The position numbers and the translations under genes were made by a program. The notes under the pieces were generated by a model. The model was given only the letters and a program-made list of their open reading frames with translations, was not told the DNA's origin and did no database searches. Source: Asterias rubens (lineage: Eukaryota). From it: DNA of 64,000 bases. The DNA is taken from assembly GCF_902459465.1 (NCBI RefSeq), contig NC_047074.1:7316001-7380000 (forward strand), given 5' to 3'. How positions within the stretch are numbered: position 1 is the first letter of the stretch; every line of letters starts with the position of its first letter. This document shows, piece by piece, positions 1 to 11,120 of the stretch.

Positions 1-355
1 GGATCAACCGAACCCTAAACTGCAATGCTCAGACTCTTTTCAGAAGTTGGTATACAATGCCGGTAAAATCCACAAGGTAATAGTGCATCATGCATTCCAG
101 CCGCGGAACACAATACTCCAGGTATTGAACAGCTACACGTTTTGACACCTGAAAGGTCTCGTGTACCCCCGCCGCCGTCCAGCCAAATTAAGTAATAATG
201 AGTGACATTTGTGAACAATTGCAGCTTATTTTCTTTGTCATCCAAGGCGTGGGAAGTGAAACAAATTTAAGCCGTCTCTCCATCAACTCTCAAAGTGAAG
301 TTGTTCACCTCACCTGTCCCCAAAAATATATCAAGTCTTACAGTTTCTCGTCGGC

Positions 356-715
356 AGACACTGGACATTAAAGACAAGTCTTCTCACTTGGTGTATCTCA
401 ACATATGCATAAAATAACAAACCTGGGAAAATTTGAGCTCAATCGGGCGTCGAAGTTAAGAGACAATAATGAAAGAAAAAAACACCCTTGTTATACGAAG
501 TTGTGCAGTTTCAGATGCTTGATTTCGAGACCTCAAAATCTAATTCTGAGGTCTTGAAATCAAATTCATGGAAAAATACTTCTTTCTCGAAAACTACGTT
601 ACTTCAGATGGAGCCGTTTCTCACAATGTTTTATACATGTATCAACCTCTCCCCTTTACTCGTTACCAAGTAAGTTTTTATGCTAATAATTACCAAAAAT
701 GTTTACTGCCTTTAA
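356..715. mobile_element. Kolobok-type MITE family A, left end damaged
   Basis: Homologous to the other family A copies. Ends ACTGCCT-TTAA. Confidence 0.8.
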
Positions 716-845
716 GAAGGTATTGCCCTGAGCAATGCATACAAGCTTGTGTTTAACACTATTGATATTAATTTAGTGAATACAAATATAAGTACTAAAT
801 AGTAAACTCTCAGGTCCAACCGTGTATAATTTTATAATATCTCTT

Positions 846-935
846 TTGAGGGAGTGTTGGTTCTGAAAAGAGCCGATGGTCTCGCTGTTTCGAACAGTAT
901 ACTCTGCTCGTCTTCAGGAGCCAACACTCCCTCAA
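846..935 (-). ncRNA. Degenerate type I hammerhead-ribozyme motif (Penelope-like element type)
   Basis: Minus strand reads CUC-CUGAAGA-C-GAGCAG-AGUAUA-CUGUUC-GAAAC-AGC-GAG, enclosed by a perfect 15-bp inverted repeat (846-860/921-935). The cleavage triplet is AGC rather than GUC. Confidence 0.6.
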
Positions 936-1164
936 TTAAGAGATACTGTCCATGGTTATATAACCGCAAGTTTACTTTGTAGTATTTACATTTATAGTAA
1001 AACTTCTTATCTTTCACACCATGCAAAGCTTCAAACACCATTTTATTTGAATTGTTAAAAAATGTTCAAATCTTATAAGTGTATCAAGATTTCAGAGTTT
1101 TCAATCACAGGCGATTGGTCCTCATTTACTGCGCTGTCACTACAATTACATGCATAGACACATA

Positions 1165-1293
1165 GGCTGTGTCCGAAACGACGACTTCGGCTACAGCTAC
1201 GTCTAGATCAGCGCGTCTACCAGTGTTGAAGAATAGGCAGACGCGCGCGATCTAGCCGTAGCTGTAGCCGAAGTCGCCGTTTCGGACACGGCC
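1165..1293. mobile_element. 129-bp foldback MITE, Harbinger-like
   Basis: About 54-bp arms (GGCTGTGTCCGAAACG.../...CGTTTCGGACACGGCC), 20-nt loop, ATA on both flanks (3-bp TSD). Confidence 0.75.
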
Positions 1294-1340
1294 ATACTAA
1301 CTTCTATTCAAAGTGAAGCTGATTGCATACAATCTCATCT

Positions 1341-1517
1341 CAGGCCCGTATGCTTCGTTTTTTGAACGGGCAAGGGAACCAAGGCATTTTCTCCTTAGTA
1401 AAGGGCACCCTAACTGCAAATTATAAATTTCTACTGGAACAATTCTAGGGCACCAAGGCAATGACCAGGGGGCACACAGGCAATCGCCTTTGTTGCCTCC
1501 ATGGAGTATCAGGCCTG
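1341..1517. mobile_element. hAT-like non-autonomous element (CAGGCC termini)
   Basis: CAGGCCCGTATGCT / AGTATCAGGCCTG ends. Flanks TCTCATCT/TGACATCT resemble a decayed 8-bp TSD. Confidence 0.5.
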
Positions 1518-4500
1518 TGACATCTTATTTTCCCAACAACACTAAACAATAATAATGAAGTACAGAGTTCAAATTAAGAGCATGTTATATCACAAACATG
1601 ATCAATGTTGAAGAACACTCACACAAACTTACAAGTTTGAAAATGCCCTTAAAAAGTCTTCAGTAAGATGGAGATTGATGAGACTGAGAGCAAGTTGGGT
1701 TGACCTTCGTCTCAAACTATTGGGAACTAAAAAGGAAGGCAACATGATCAGCCATCTGGGATAAGGTTAAAGGTAAGTTTTACTTCTTTCAAAAGTGAAA
1801 CAGAACAGGAAATTGATTTTAATAGAGCAGTTATTCCCCCAATAAACCAGCCCCAACATCTGAACCGAAACTATGAAGTAACAATTTAGATTTTAAAACA
1901 AAACTTACAACCAGTCTTTCATTGTTGTAGTTAACTATTTAGCGACAACCACACCATGCAGAAAAGTTTTGTAGAATAGAAACCGTTTCACAGCTGCATT
2001 CCAGTTTTCCACTTTTAACTAGTTGAGCAATGTGACAGGTCACCAGTTGACCGTGTTCTCCAGGAGAGGCTGTCACTACCGCTAAACCTCAAACTGAGGG
2101 CTTGGCACAGACCAGCTCATGTAACCTGAACATTACCGCAATGCTTACAAGCAAACTCCCTGCCTCCTGAATCTGAGCAAGTGTTCCCCCAATGGAGTAG
2201 CTTCGTCACCCCCTTCAAACAATCCCACTCATCCACAAAGAGAAGGGGTAGAACTTAGAGAAGTGTCAGCAAAATACACATCAACATCCATCCTGGCCTC
2301 CCATCATAACAATATCCCCCTCACCAACAACAATGCTGTCCTACAACCATGTTGTTCTTATTGCCAAAGTCTTCTTTTCATTTAGTTCCCCTCAATAAAC
2401 AAAACTGTGAAAACAACAACACAAATTTCAGGGAAGTATTTGCATTGGAGAGCACCTTGTCCTTTGTGTCGTTTTCCATCAAGAAAAATTATCCTCTTGG
2501 GATTGGAGGGGTTTGGGTGACACTACAGGGACAAGAATCTTGGGTTTAGTCTCTACAAGTGTATGACGCTACCCCACAGCTTCAAATACTTTAACGGCAT
2601 AAATCTAAGGGAATAGAAAAACAATTTCTCATTAAAGAAGTTTTTAAATTTTTACCATTCTTGTGGAAGAAGCAGAGTTCAATGTAATAAGATCTAGCTA
2701 GTACTTGAATACAAAACAACTCGTTTGTAAATGTGCTAATAATGTTGTCTTCTCCCAGTCAGTAGGCTCACTAATAAGCTTGATGTCATCATGCCTTAAA
2801 TCTTTCTAAAGAGAAATTACAGACGACAAGAATGATGCAAACCATCCTTTACACATTCACTAACTTAAATTCAAGACAGATTGTACCAATGTAGTGAATT
2901 CTTGTAACTTTCACTGGGACGTTTAAACCGTTACTTAAAAGCGAAACTTGTTCCCCAACCCACCACCCCTCCGGACAGATGATAATGTCGGTCACGAGGG
3001 GCGAGAAACCAGGTCATTTTATCAGGCTGACCCACTTTGCCAGACAGTTAAAGCTGTCAAGTGCTACATAATCCACCAACCCTTCCAACAATGTCCTGGA
3101 CAAAGAGACAGAGCGAGAGAAACTTACAAGGGGGAAGAAAAAAAACCGAATGTAAAATGAAACGTGGCTTAATCCCTGGTGCGGAATATTCATGAAGTGA
3201 GAACATAATCTGGAACACCTGCCATGTGGTACTACGGTGGGTCTGGGGCATGCTACTATGGGCTACAGACAGACCACTGATCTTAACAAACAAGGAGTCC
3301 TCCTCAACTACCCCCCCCCTCCCCGCCAACCAATCGCAAAAAATGTGACCTGTTTCTGAGATTGTTCAATTTGTAATCACACCATCCAGGTGAGACCAGG
3401 GTCTTTGACTATTTTCTAGAATATTGTGCACTCTTTTTGTTTTTTTATCAAGATGTTCAAACAAAATTACTGCAGTATGCTCTTTGACAATCTTTCTAGA
3501 ATATTGTGCAGGCTTTTTTGTGTTTTATCAAGTCGATTAAAAAAGAATTACCGTTGTTTATCATTGTAATCAGCTCAATGGTGGGTGAGTTTGATCATTC
3601 AGAGAGATTTCAGCATACCATGGCAGATTATCGGCCGAGGCTTATGGCTGAGGTTCTGCGATTCGTCGTGAGTGCCTACTCGTATTTTCTCAAACGACAA
3701 CTTTGAATCCTGGTGCTAATTATGAGAACCTTTGTTGGCTTTCCTTAACAAGTCCGGGTTTTTGTTGTGAAAATGTTTTCTCTGAAAAAGTTTATTTCTC
3801 CACAGGCCAATCAATCTATAACGCGAAAGGAATGGCTTGGAAATGAATGTGCATACTTAACTCACAATACAATCCAATTAACAGCCTGTAGTCATTTACA
3901 GTGAAATTGATCTTTAATCGTTTCAAAGTTTGAGGAACTCTTCTTTGGTAAATACCAACTTGTAATTGGTATTGTGAAAGTAGGAAGTATCACATGGAAG
4001 TACTGTACAGTTAGCTATTGTAGTTGTGTACCATGTACCTTTGTTAAGACTCTTTTCTATACATATATTAGCTAAATAAAAGGCATCAGTCCAATTGTAC
4101 ATGAAGCCTTTTTGTGGACAAGTTTAACAGTGTAGAATGTGGATGGCTTTTTCCACAAAACAACCAAAGACCATGGTTTTGGAATGTTTGATGCGAAAAC
4201 AAACTTGACTGAAGAAGTAGTATAAACCTGGGGAAAGATTGAAATAATACAAACATTTGCATTGAAAAATGAAAGGCTTCATGTTTGTGTGTGGTATTGG
4301 AGGTTTAAGCAAGCCCAAGAACTATCCTGGAATTCTGCAAACACGACTTATTGATCTATTTTTGTGAATGCTGAGTTGCCATCCTTATCAAAACATCTCA
4401 AAATGGCCACGTCAGGCCAATTACCACCAACAATCTCCAAGGTCACCCAATGTCAATCACTACAAACTAATTTATGAAAGAGAAAGCAAAACTCTTGAAA

Positions 4501-5105
4501 ATTCCTTTATGAAGTGTCTCCGGGTCGGGCGTACAAGAAGGGGATATCTGGAAGCTTTCGCTCAGGACCAAGGAACAAACAAATTCAACAATTACCTTAA
4601 CTTCACACACATCCAACTTCATCAATTACAGAGAAACCCACAAACTGCCCTGTGATTTTTATATATATATTTTTTTTAAAATTTATTTGGGGGGGGGGGG
4701 CTAGGAGGCCCGACCGTGATAACTGCTGTGGCTACAAGTATTTTTAGAGCGGGAAAATAAAAGATGGCTTCCACCCTTCACCTTGTCCTTTCAACAACCA
4801 GATGTCCCTGGCTCACAACAAAACATGATTTAAATCTCTACACCCAAGGAAGCACCTTGACCTTGGGTAGAAATATTGCCTCCTAGTCTAGACAGATTAT
4901 TAGCGACTACGTCCTGGGGGAACTCAGCGACAGAGCTTCTTGGGTCCCAAACAGGAACCCTGGGGGTTAAGGGGGTCAGGCGAAACAACAAGTGAGAAAT
5001 TGCTAATAGGAAGCTTATTGGATGTCTAGTAAAACAAGTCAAAAAGACAATCTGTAAACTGGTAGTCATATGTCTTTACAACAATGAAATTGACCCAAAT
5101 TTCAC

Positions 5106-5321
5106 AAACGTGCAATTTCCACGTCTTCTCCTACTCTTTGGAACAAACTCCCCCGTAACATCAAAGACGCACAAACTCTGGATTTATTCAAACGCCTTCT
5201 CAAAACTTACTTGTTAAAGTCTATCTAATTTTATTTGTTTTTCTATTTTGACTTTGTACAGCGCATTGGGACTCCATGTGTAATGCGCTTTATAAGAACG
5301 GTTTGTTATTATTATTATTAA
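5106..5321 (+). mobile_element. 5'-truncated L2/CR1-group LINE 3' end
   Basis: KRAISTSSPTLWNKLPRNIKDAQTLDLFKRLLKTYLLKSI* (5106-5228) matches the ORF2 C-terminal motif RAFS..AP.LWN.LP..FK..LKT.L. It is followed by the GCGC...GCGCTTTATAA hairpin and an (ATT)n tail. Confidence 0.8.
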
Positions 5322-6424
5322 TATTGTTTTAAAAAAGAAACTGAAATATTTTTAGCGAAAAACAGTTAAGGTTTAATTAAACATTGAGTAATTATTCTGT
5401 TGTACAGTGACTTACGATTAAAAGAAAGCAAATGTGGATACTTATTTATTGTTACATGAAACATAATAACATGGTTAAATATCCGTGCACTGTACACCAC
5501 CTTTCAGTGTCAGAGCTCAGCTTCCAGATTTTAAAACTAAAAATTTCTGCCCATCCACAAATTTTAAATGTTGTTTAAACATTACACAATTTGATTTTCA
5601 TCATTAATCAAAACAGGTATCTGCTTCAAAAACAAATTGTAAATGGCATTGTGAGTTAACACTTAAAACACAACAATTACAACTACAGTACAGTATAAAC
5701 AAAATCCACATTTCTAAGAATCTTTGATGATCTCCTAAACTTTGACAAAATCCTTGGGACTAAAAATAAAACTGAATTCCCCTGATGGTTAAACAGTTCC
5801 TGATACAAGTTACTAATGCAAATCCTTGATCTTTGTCTCTAACAGTGCAGCCATGAAAAGAAAAAACCTTCACATCCACTTTGAGCAAGTCATTCACCTA
5901 TGGTATTCACGTCAGCATAGAGATTAATCTCAGAGACATATTTGTTATTGTGTGCAATTTAGGACGATCTTAAGACACCTGTGAATCTATCTTCAAAGCA
6001 AAGCGTAAAAAACAAATTCTATACCGTCGAATCCCCCCTTGTTTTCGTCGTCATCATCCCCAGTACGCTGTTTAGCACTAACGGACGATATCAAACCAAA
6101 GTGTTCGCTCACTCAACCAGACAACGCTCGCTTGGACCCCGGCACGGCCGAGAAGGCCCAGGGGCAATCAGCGATGGTTGTGTCCGCTCCGATACTTTCC
6201 GCAACTTCCCCCTACCTTCTAAGCTCAGGTTGCTTAACGCTCCAGATGACTCCGGACTAAAGATACCTAAAACAAATGAGGCATGCGGAAACTGCACAAT
6301 TAAGTTCCCTGATCAGTCTCAAATGTGAGATTTCCTTCTCTCTCCTCATCTACTCCAATCCTCCCTTCCGAAAATAACAAATCTGAGGGAGGGGGACCAT
6401 CATGACTGCGAGCTGCGAACTGCA

Positions 6425-6486
6425 GCAGCATTGCCGGGGCAGCATTGCCGGGGCAGCATTGCCGAGACGGCATTGCCGAGACGGCA
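6425..6486. repeat. 14-bp GC-rich minisatellite (about 4.4 units)
   Basis: GCAGCATTGCCGGG x2, GCAGCATTGCCGAG, ACGGCATTGCCGAG, ACGGCA. Confidence 0.95.
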
Positions 6487-8164
6487 GGGAGGGACTTTGT
6501 CACTGCGGTTATTTACCCAGGCCGGTGGGGAATTTTGTTTGTAGCAAACTACACAGATTACAAGATGACAATTGGTGTTGGGTTAGTTGTTTGCCTCTCT
6601 GCCATCGACCTCAGGAGCTAGAGATCTCTTTCTGATTAACGCTTTTTTCATGAGTCAGTGAAGATCAGCGCTTTTGCGATGCAGATGGTGAATATTGTTC
6701 AATTAACATCACACAGAATTTGTCCTATTTTTTCTCAGAGTTCATAAAAACCACAACTTCAAAACAGAGACAAAACAATGTGGAATCTTGAGTTCTTATG
6801 AGACATCAAAGCCCCTCAAGAAAAGATAAGATGAGATGAGTAATGTGATATTTTAGCCGGTAATACCCAAATTTCCATCAGTGAATCATCACAAACATAA
6901 ACCTCTCTTGGAAACTTATTACAAGAAGAACTTCTATAGAGTGAAAATGATGAACCGTCTCTTTCTTCTGCAGTATACAATTATATTGTTAAGAAAAATG
7001 CTGTTGACAAATTCACTGTCAAAAGTTAAAGCTGAAAGGAAGTCTGTCGCATGCCAAATCATGAATTTAATTGACTCTTTATGAGGAATAATCTGAGGGG
7101 AAAAAAATCAATTCAAACAACCAATCTGTGTCCTGAAAGATATTTACCTGAAAATTCTGTGAGAACTCCGGACATAATGGAACATTGTGGAAGTTATAAG
7201 CGACTCTTGAAGACGGGGGCTGCAAGCCTGACATTTTGAAAAGAAATTGTCCAACAACTTGGAACAATTTTCCTTGACTAGCTTCTGATGAACACTCTGT
7301 TATAAATCCAGTGTAACAAAGACTGTGGTACATGAATAACTGATCCATGGTTATCATACCATTTTAAATCATCTCTAAACAAAACACAATATTCTATTGA
7401 TGAAACGGGTGAATCGATTATATTAAATACGGACAAGTTCATATATATCTTGTTTTCCTGATGCAACAGGTACCAAGTCTCAACAACTGCAATTTTCAAC
7501 AGTATCACAGACATGAAATTTTCCTTAATGTGGCTTTTTGTCCTCTTTTTTAGGTTTCTACCTTGAAAATTTTCCCCCACTTTACATCTTAACCCCCTAA
7601 AATATTGAACAAGTGTTGGTTTGGAAGGTCCCATACAAGGAAATATAATCAGCTACTAATGGACTGCGGATGAACAGAAACTAAAACAACTTGGATTCCA
7701 ATTTACACATACAGCTCTCCATTCATTAAGGTTGGACTGATACTAGGCCAATGCCCTTATGACACTGGCTCATTTGGTATTTATTATAAAGAGCAGTTCC
7801 TCAAATAATACCACTAAACCGAGACAAAAACTAGCTCTGAAATGAAATTCACACATCCTGTTTCCTTTTTTGAAAGGGCCAGAAATATAAACAAGAGAAT
7901 TTATACATATAGATATGGCGGACACAATGCTCAACACTATAAGGTTTGGGTAAATTTGTGCGTATTGACTATAGAAATAGAACGTGTGTTTTTTAGTGAA
8001 GTGCGCATTTTTTTTAGGCGACACAGCGTTTACACGTAAACCTTTTGACCACCAACGTTTATGGTGAGCGTAACATCAGTCACCACGTGTGACGCGCGTA
8101 TCAGGTCCGCCATACCTCAAAAATGCTTATTGGGATGATGGGGTGGCAAATAGAAATAGTACAA

Positions 8165-8350
8165 CAGGCCGGGAATTACATGGATGCCTATGGAGGTCAC
8201 GACCTCCATTGTGACCTCCATTGCCCTGGTCTTGGCGCCCTGTCAAAATATTCCCAAAGGCTTCAAGATTTTCCAACGGAAGTGTCCTTTGTCACCCCCC
8301 CCCCCAGAAAAAAATTGCCTTGCCCTATCAAAGATGAAATTCAAATCCTG
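8165..8350. mobile_element. hAT-like non-autonomous element, reverse orientation
   Basis: CAGGCCGGGAATTACATGG is the reverse complement of the end of 15686-15829. Confidence 0.5.
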
Positions 8351-10018
8351 CAATGAGTGATTGATGAAATATCCCATGGGTTTGATTGAACATTGATTTA
8401 TTTATTACTTTGAGTTTGAACATCATGATAATACATACAATGAATCTTGTATCTGATAGTAATATTAAGAAGGCCGGTGATTTTTGGTGTAGTATTTATT
8501 GCTAATAGCCAAAGGGCATGATCAAACCCACAAGGCGTTGAACGATTGGTTAGTTTTATAACAACACAATTTAAAGCAAATTAATTTTGAGGAAAATGAA
8601 GAAGGGATATAGGCAAGGAAAGTACTAAAACATCTAAATAAAGAAACCTTTTACATATGAGAGTCTCTGACAACAGAAACTCATAAAAACACAAAGGCTT
8701 TGAAACACCTAAAATCCATTATCACAAACACAATACCATCAGTTTGTAATGTGTTACAAGATACACAACCACAACAAAAATTAAACAGTCAAAATGCAAA
8801 ATCAAAATCAGAAAAAGCTACAGCTTCTAGTGAAAGCATTGAAGTATACCCTCTCTAAAGTTGACATCTCTGCAATCAAACGTTACAGAAATGTATCATC
8901 CTCAACATGTACTCAATTCCAAGTATTAGAAATCAAATTGGGTAAAACAATATTGTAAACAAAATATAAAACACAAACAACTATATTTTTTATTTTGTTT
9001 TTCTTTTCTTTATTTTTTTCACAAAAAAAAGAGAAAGACTTCACATTCACTTATTTATTCAGACCACCATCTCTCCATTACAAAGCACTTGATTTGATAA
9101 TAACATCGCTCCGTAAAAAAAAAATCCCAGTTTACAGAGTTCACTTCAGGACACCCGGCAACAGCCAAGAAAAGGAAATGTTGGGGGGGGGGGGGGGGGG
9201 AGACTAAAAGTGAAAAAAACCAAAAAGGGAATAAAAGGATTTCTTTTGAGAAGTCTTTAGGTGAACTCTCAATCAAAGTGACAGCTTTCTGAGCTCAAGG
9301 GAGAGCGCTGGTAATTCCCCAACGACTCTACTCCAATATTCCCACAGGGGGTGTCCGGACAAATCAGTTACATTTTACTCCTTTTTTCTCTCTCTTTGCC
9401 CTCCCTTGCAGTGGATTGGACATCAGGTTTCTTATTAATATTTCAAGATTATCGGAGATGGGACCATGCACAGACTCAACCAGGTGGGAACGGAATCATG
9501 AGGACATTCGCCACCGACAGAAAACACAGAGAGAAAAAATTATTAAGAAAAATCAGGATGAATGTAGAAAAATATCCCCGAGGAGTTTACGGTCGATTGA
9601 AAAACTCTCCTGCCAGAAAGGAACATGAAGTTACAGCGGAAACAAAACTGACACAACAAGCTGGACAGTACGAACGTCATCCAATGTTGAAAGTCACTTT
9701 GTTAAACAAATTTCATGATTTCAAAATGAATATTGAATAATGTTTGAAATCAAAATCGTTCATTCATGCAGACTATTCTCAAATCTGGAATAACCTTAAA
9801 ATTTGAGGTCAGAGCTTCAAACCCCACTCTAATCAATTCTTTGTTCAACCCCTATTAAAAATTTACCCAGTCAGTTTCCCTTGTTGTTTATACTGGAATG
9901 GAATGGACTTTTTAATAGAAAAATTTTCTCACAGGAGGTGCATTAACTTGTCACAGCTTTTGAATGTCACATCAATAGACGTAATATCCAGATTGATCCA
10001 ATTCAATTCATAAATCCA

Positions 10019-10180
10019 GCAAATGCGAAGCAAATTTGACGTGAATTTGACGTCACACCCTCCTTTCGCAGCGATTATTCGCAAGAGAGTAGAGCAGAGG
10101 GCAACTGCTGCGAATTGTTCGTTGCGAATTTGTGACGTCAAGATTCGCTTCGCATTCGCAGGAAGTATGAACCGGGCTTA
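10019..10180. mobile_element. Partial MITE ending TTCGCTTCGCATTCGCAGGAAGTATGAACCGGGCTTA (relatives at 12311-12465 and 17447-17544)
   Basis: Three homologous fragments share the GCGAATTTGTGACGTC and TATGAACCRGGCT motifs. Confidence 0.6.
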
Positions 10181-10413
10181 ACCCCTGTTCACTAAAGCCT
10201 GCAATTTCCAGCCATGTCAATGCTGACCCAAGGTATAGCCAGCATCATTTTTATTTTTCATATTGGGATTTTGTTCCCGTCTTCTTAATGAAGTGATTTT
10301 GGGGGATTGATTTTTTCGTGTGATCCCTGGCTACACGGCAGTTAACGGTTGTATGGCTTCTGACTGGCACCCCCGAACAAAGATATTGACAAAATAGGAA
10401 CACCGCCAATATA

Positions 10414-10550
10414 GGGCTAGATAGCTCAGTTGGTAGAGCGCCGGCACGTTAATCCGGAGGTCGTTGGTTCGAATCCCACTCTAGTAAATTCTTTGTTCAA
10501 CCCCAAAAATCATTTCAATGTTTACCCAGTCAGTCTCGCTTATGTTTTAT
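10414..10550 (+). mobile_element. tRNA-derived SINE (truncated relatives at about 9805-9890 and 58259-58310)
   Basis: A box TAGCTCAGTTGG, B box GTTCGAATCC, near-cloverleaf head at 10415-10486, followed by a body shared with 9805-9890. Confidence 0.8.
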
Positions 10551-10745
10551 ATTGATTTCTTAATGAAGTGATACAAACAGGTTTGGGAGGAATGCTGACC
10601 ATCGGTGAATAAAGAAAATTCCAATACACCAGTCATCTGTTTATGTCAATCACTAGTGGTATGCATTGATTCCATCAGACATTCATCTAAAAAAACAAAT
10701 AATGAAAATGTCTCTATTAATATTTGCACGAATTCCCTTCAATTA

Positions 10746-11120
10746 CACTGGACACCTTTTGGTAATTGTCAAAGAACAATCTTCTCACTTGGTGTATCTC
10801 AACATTGTGCACAAAATAACAAACCTGTGAAAATTTGAACTCAATTGGTTGTCAAGTTGCGAGAGAATAATGGAAGAAAAAACACCCTTGTCGCACAAGC
10901 TTTGGATTTTAGATGCCTTGAATTCTAGACCTCAGCTGAGGTCTCGTACTCAATTAAAATATTCTAGTGAGAAATTACTTCTTTCTAAAAAAAACTACGT
11001 TACTTCAGAGGGAGCCGTTTCTCACAATGTTTTATACCATCAACAGCTCTCCATTGCTTATTGCCAAGTGCGTTTTTTTTTGCTAACAATTATTGTAAGT
11101 AATTAATTACCAATATTGTC
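10746..11120. mobile_element. Kolobok-type MITE family A, degraded termini
   Basis: CACTGGACAC...GGTAATTGTCAAAG and the family A body are recognisable. Confidence 0.8.

Noticed and set aside
9351-9740. 129-aa ORF with hydrophobic N-terminus
   Set aside because: AT-rich, no homology recognised, and no splice or codon-bias support.
10415-10486. Functional tRNA-Asn(GTT) gene
   Set aside because: The anticodon arm has only 4 pairs with a 9-nt loop, the T stem and acceptor have mismatches, and it continues into a body shared with other truncated copies, as expected of a SINE.
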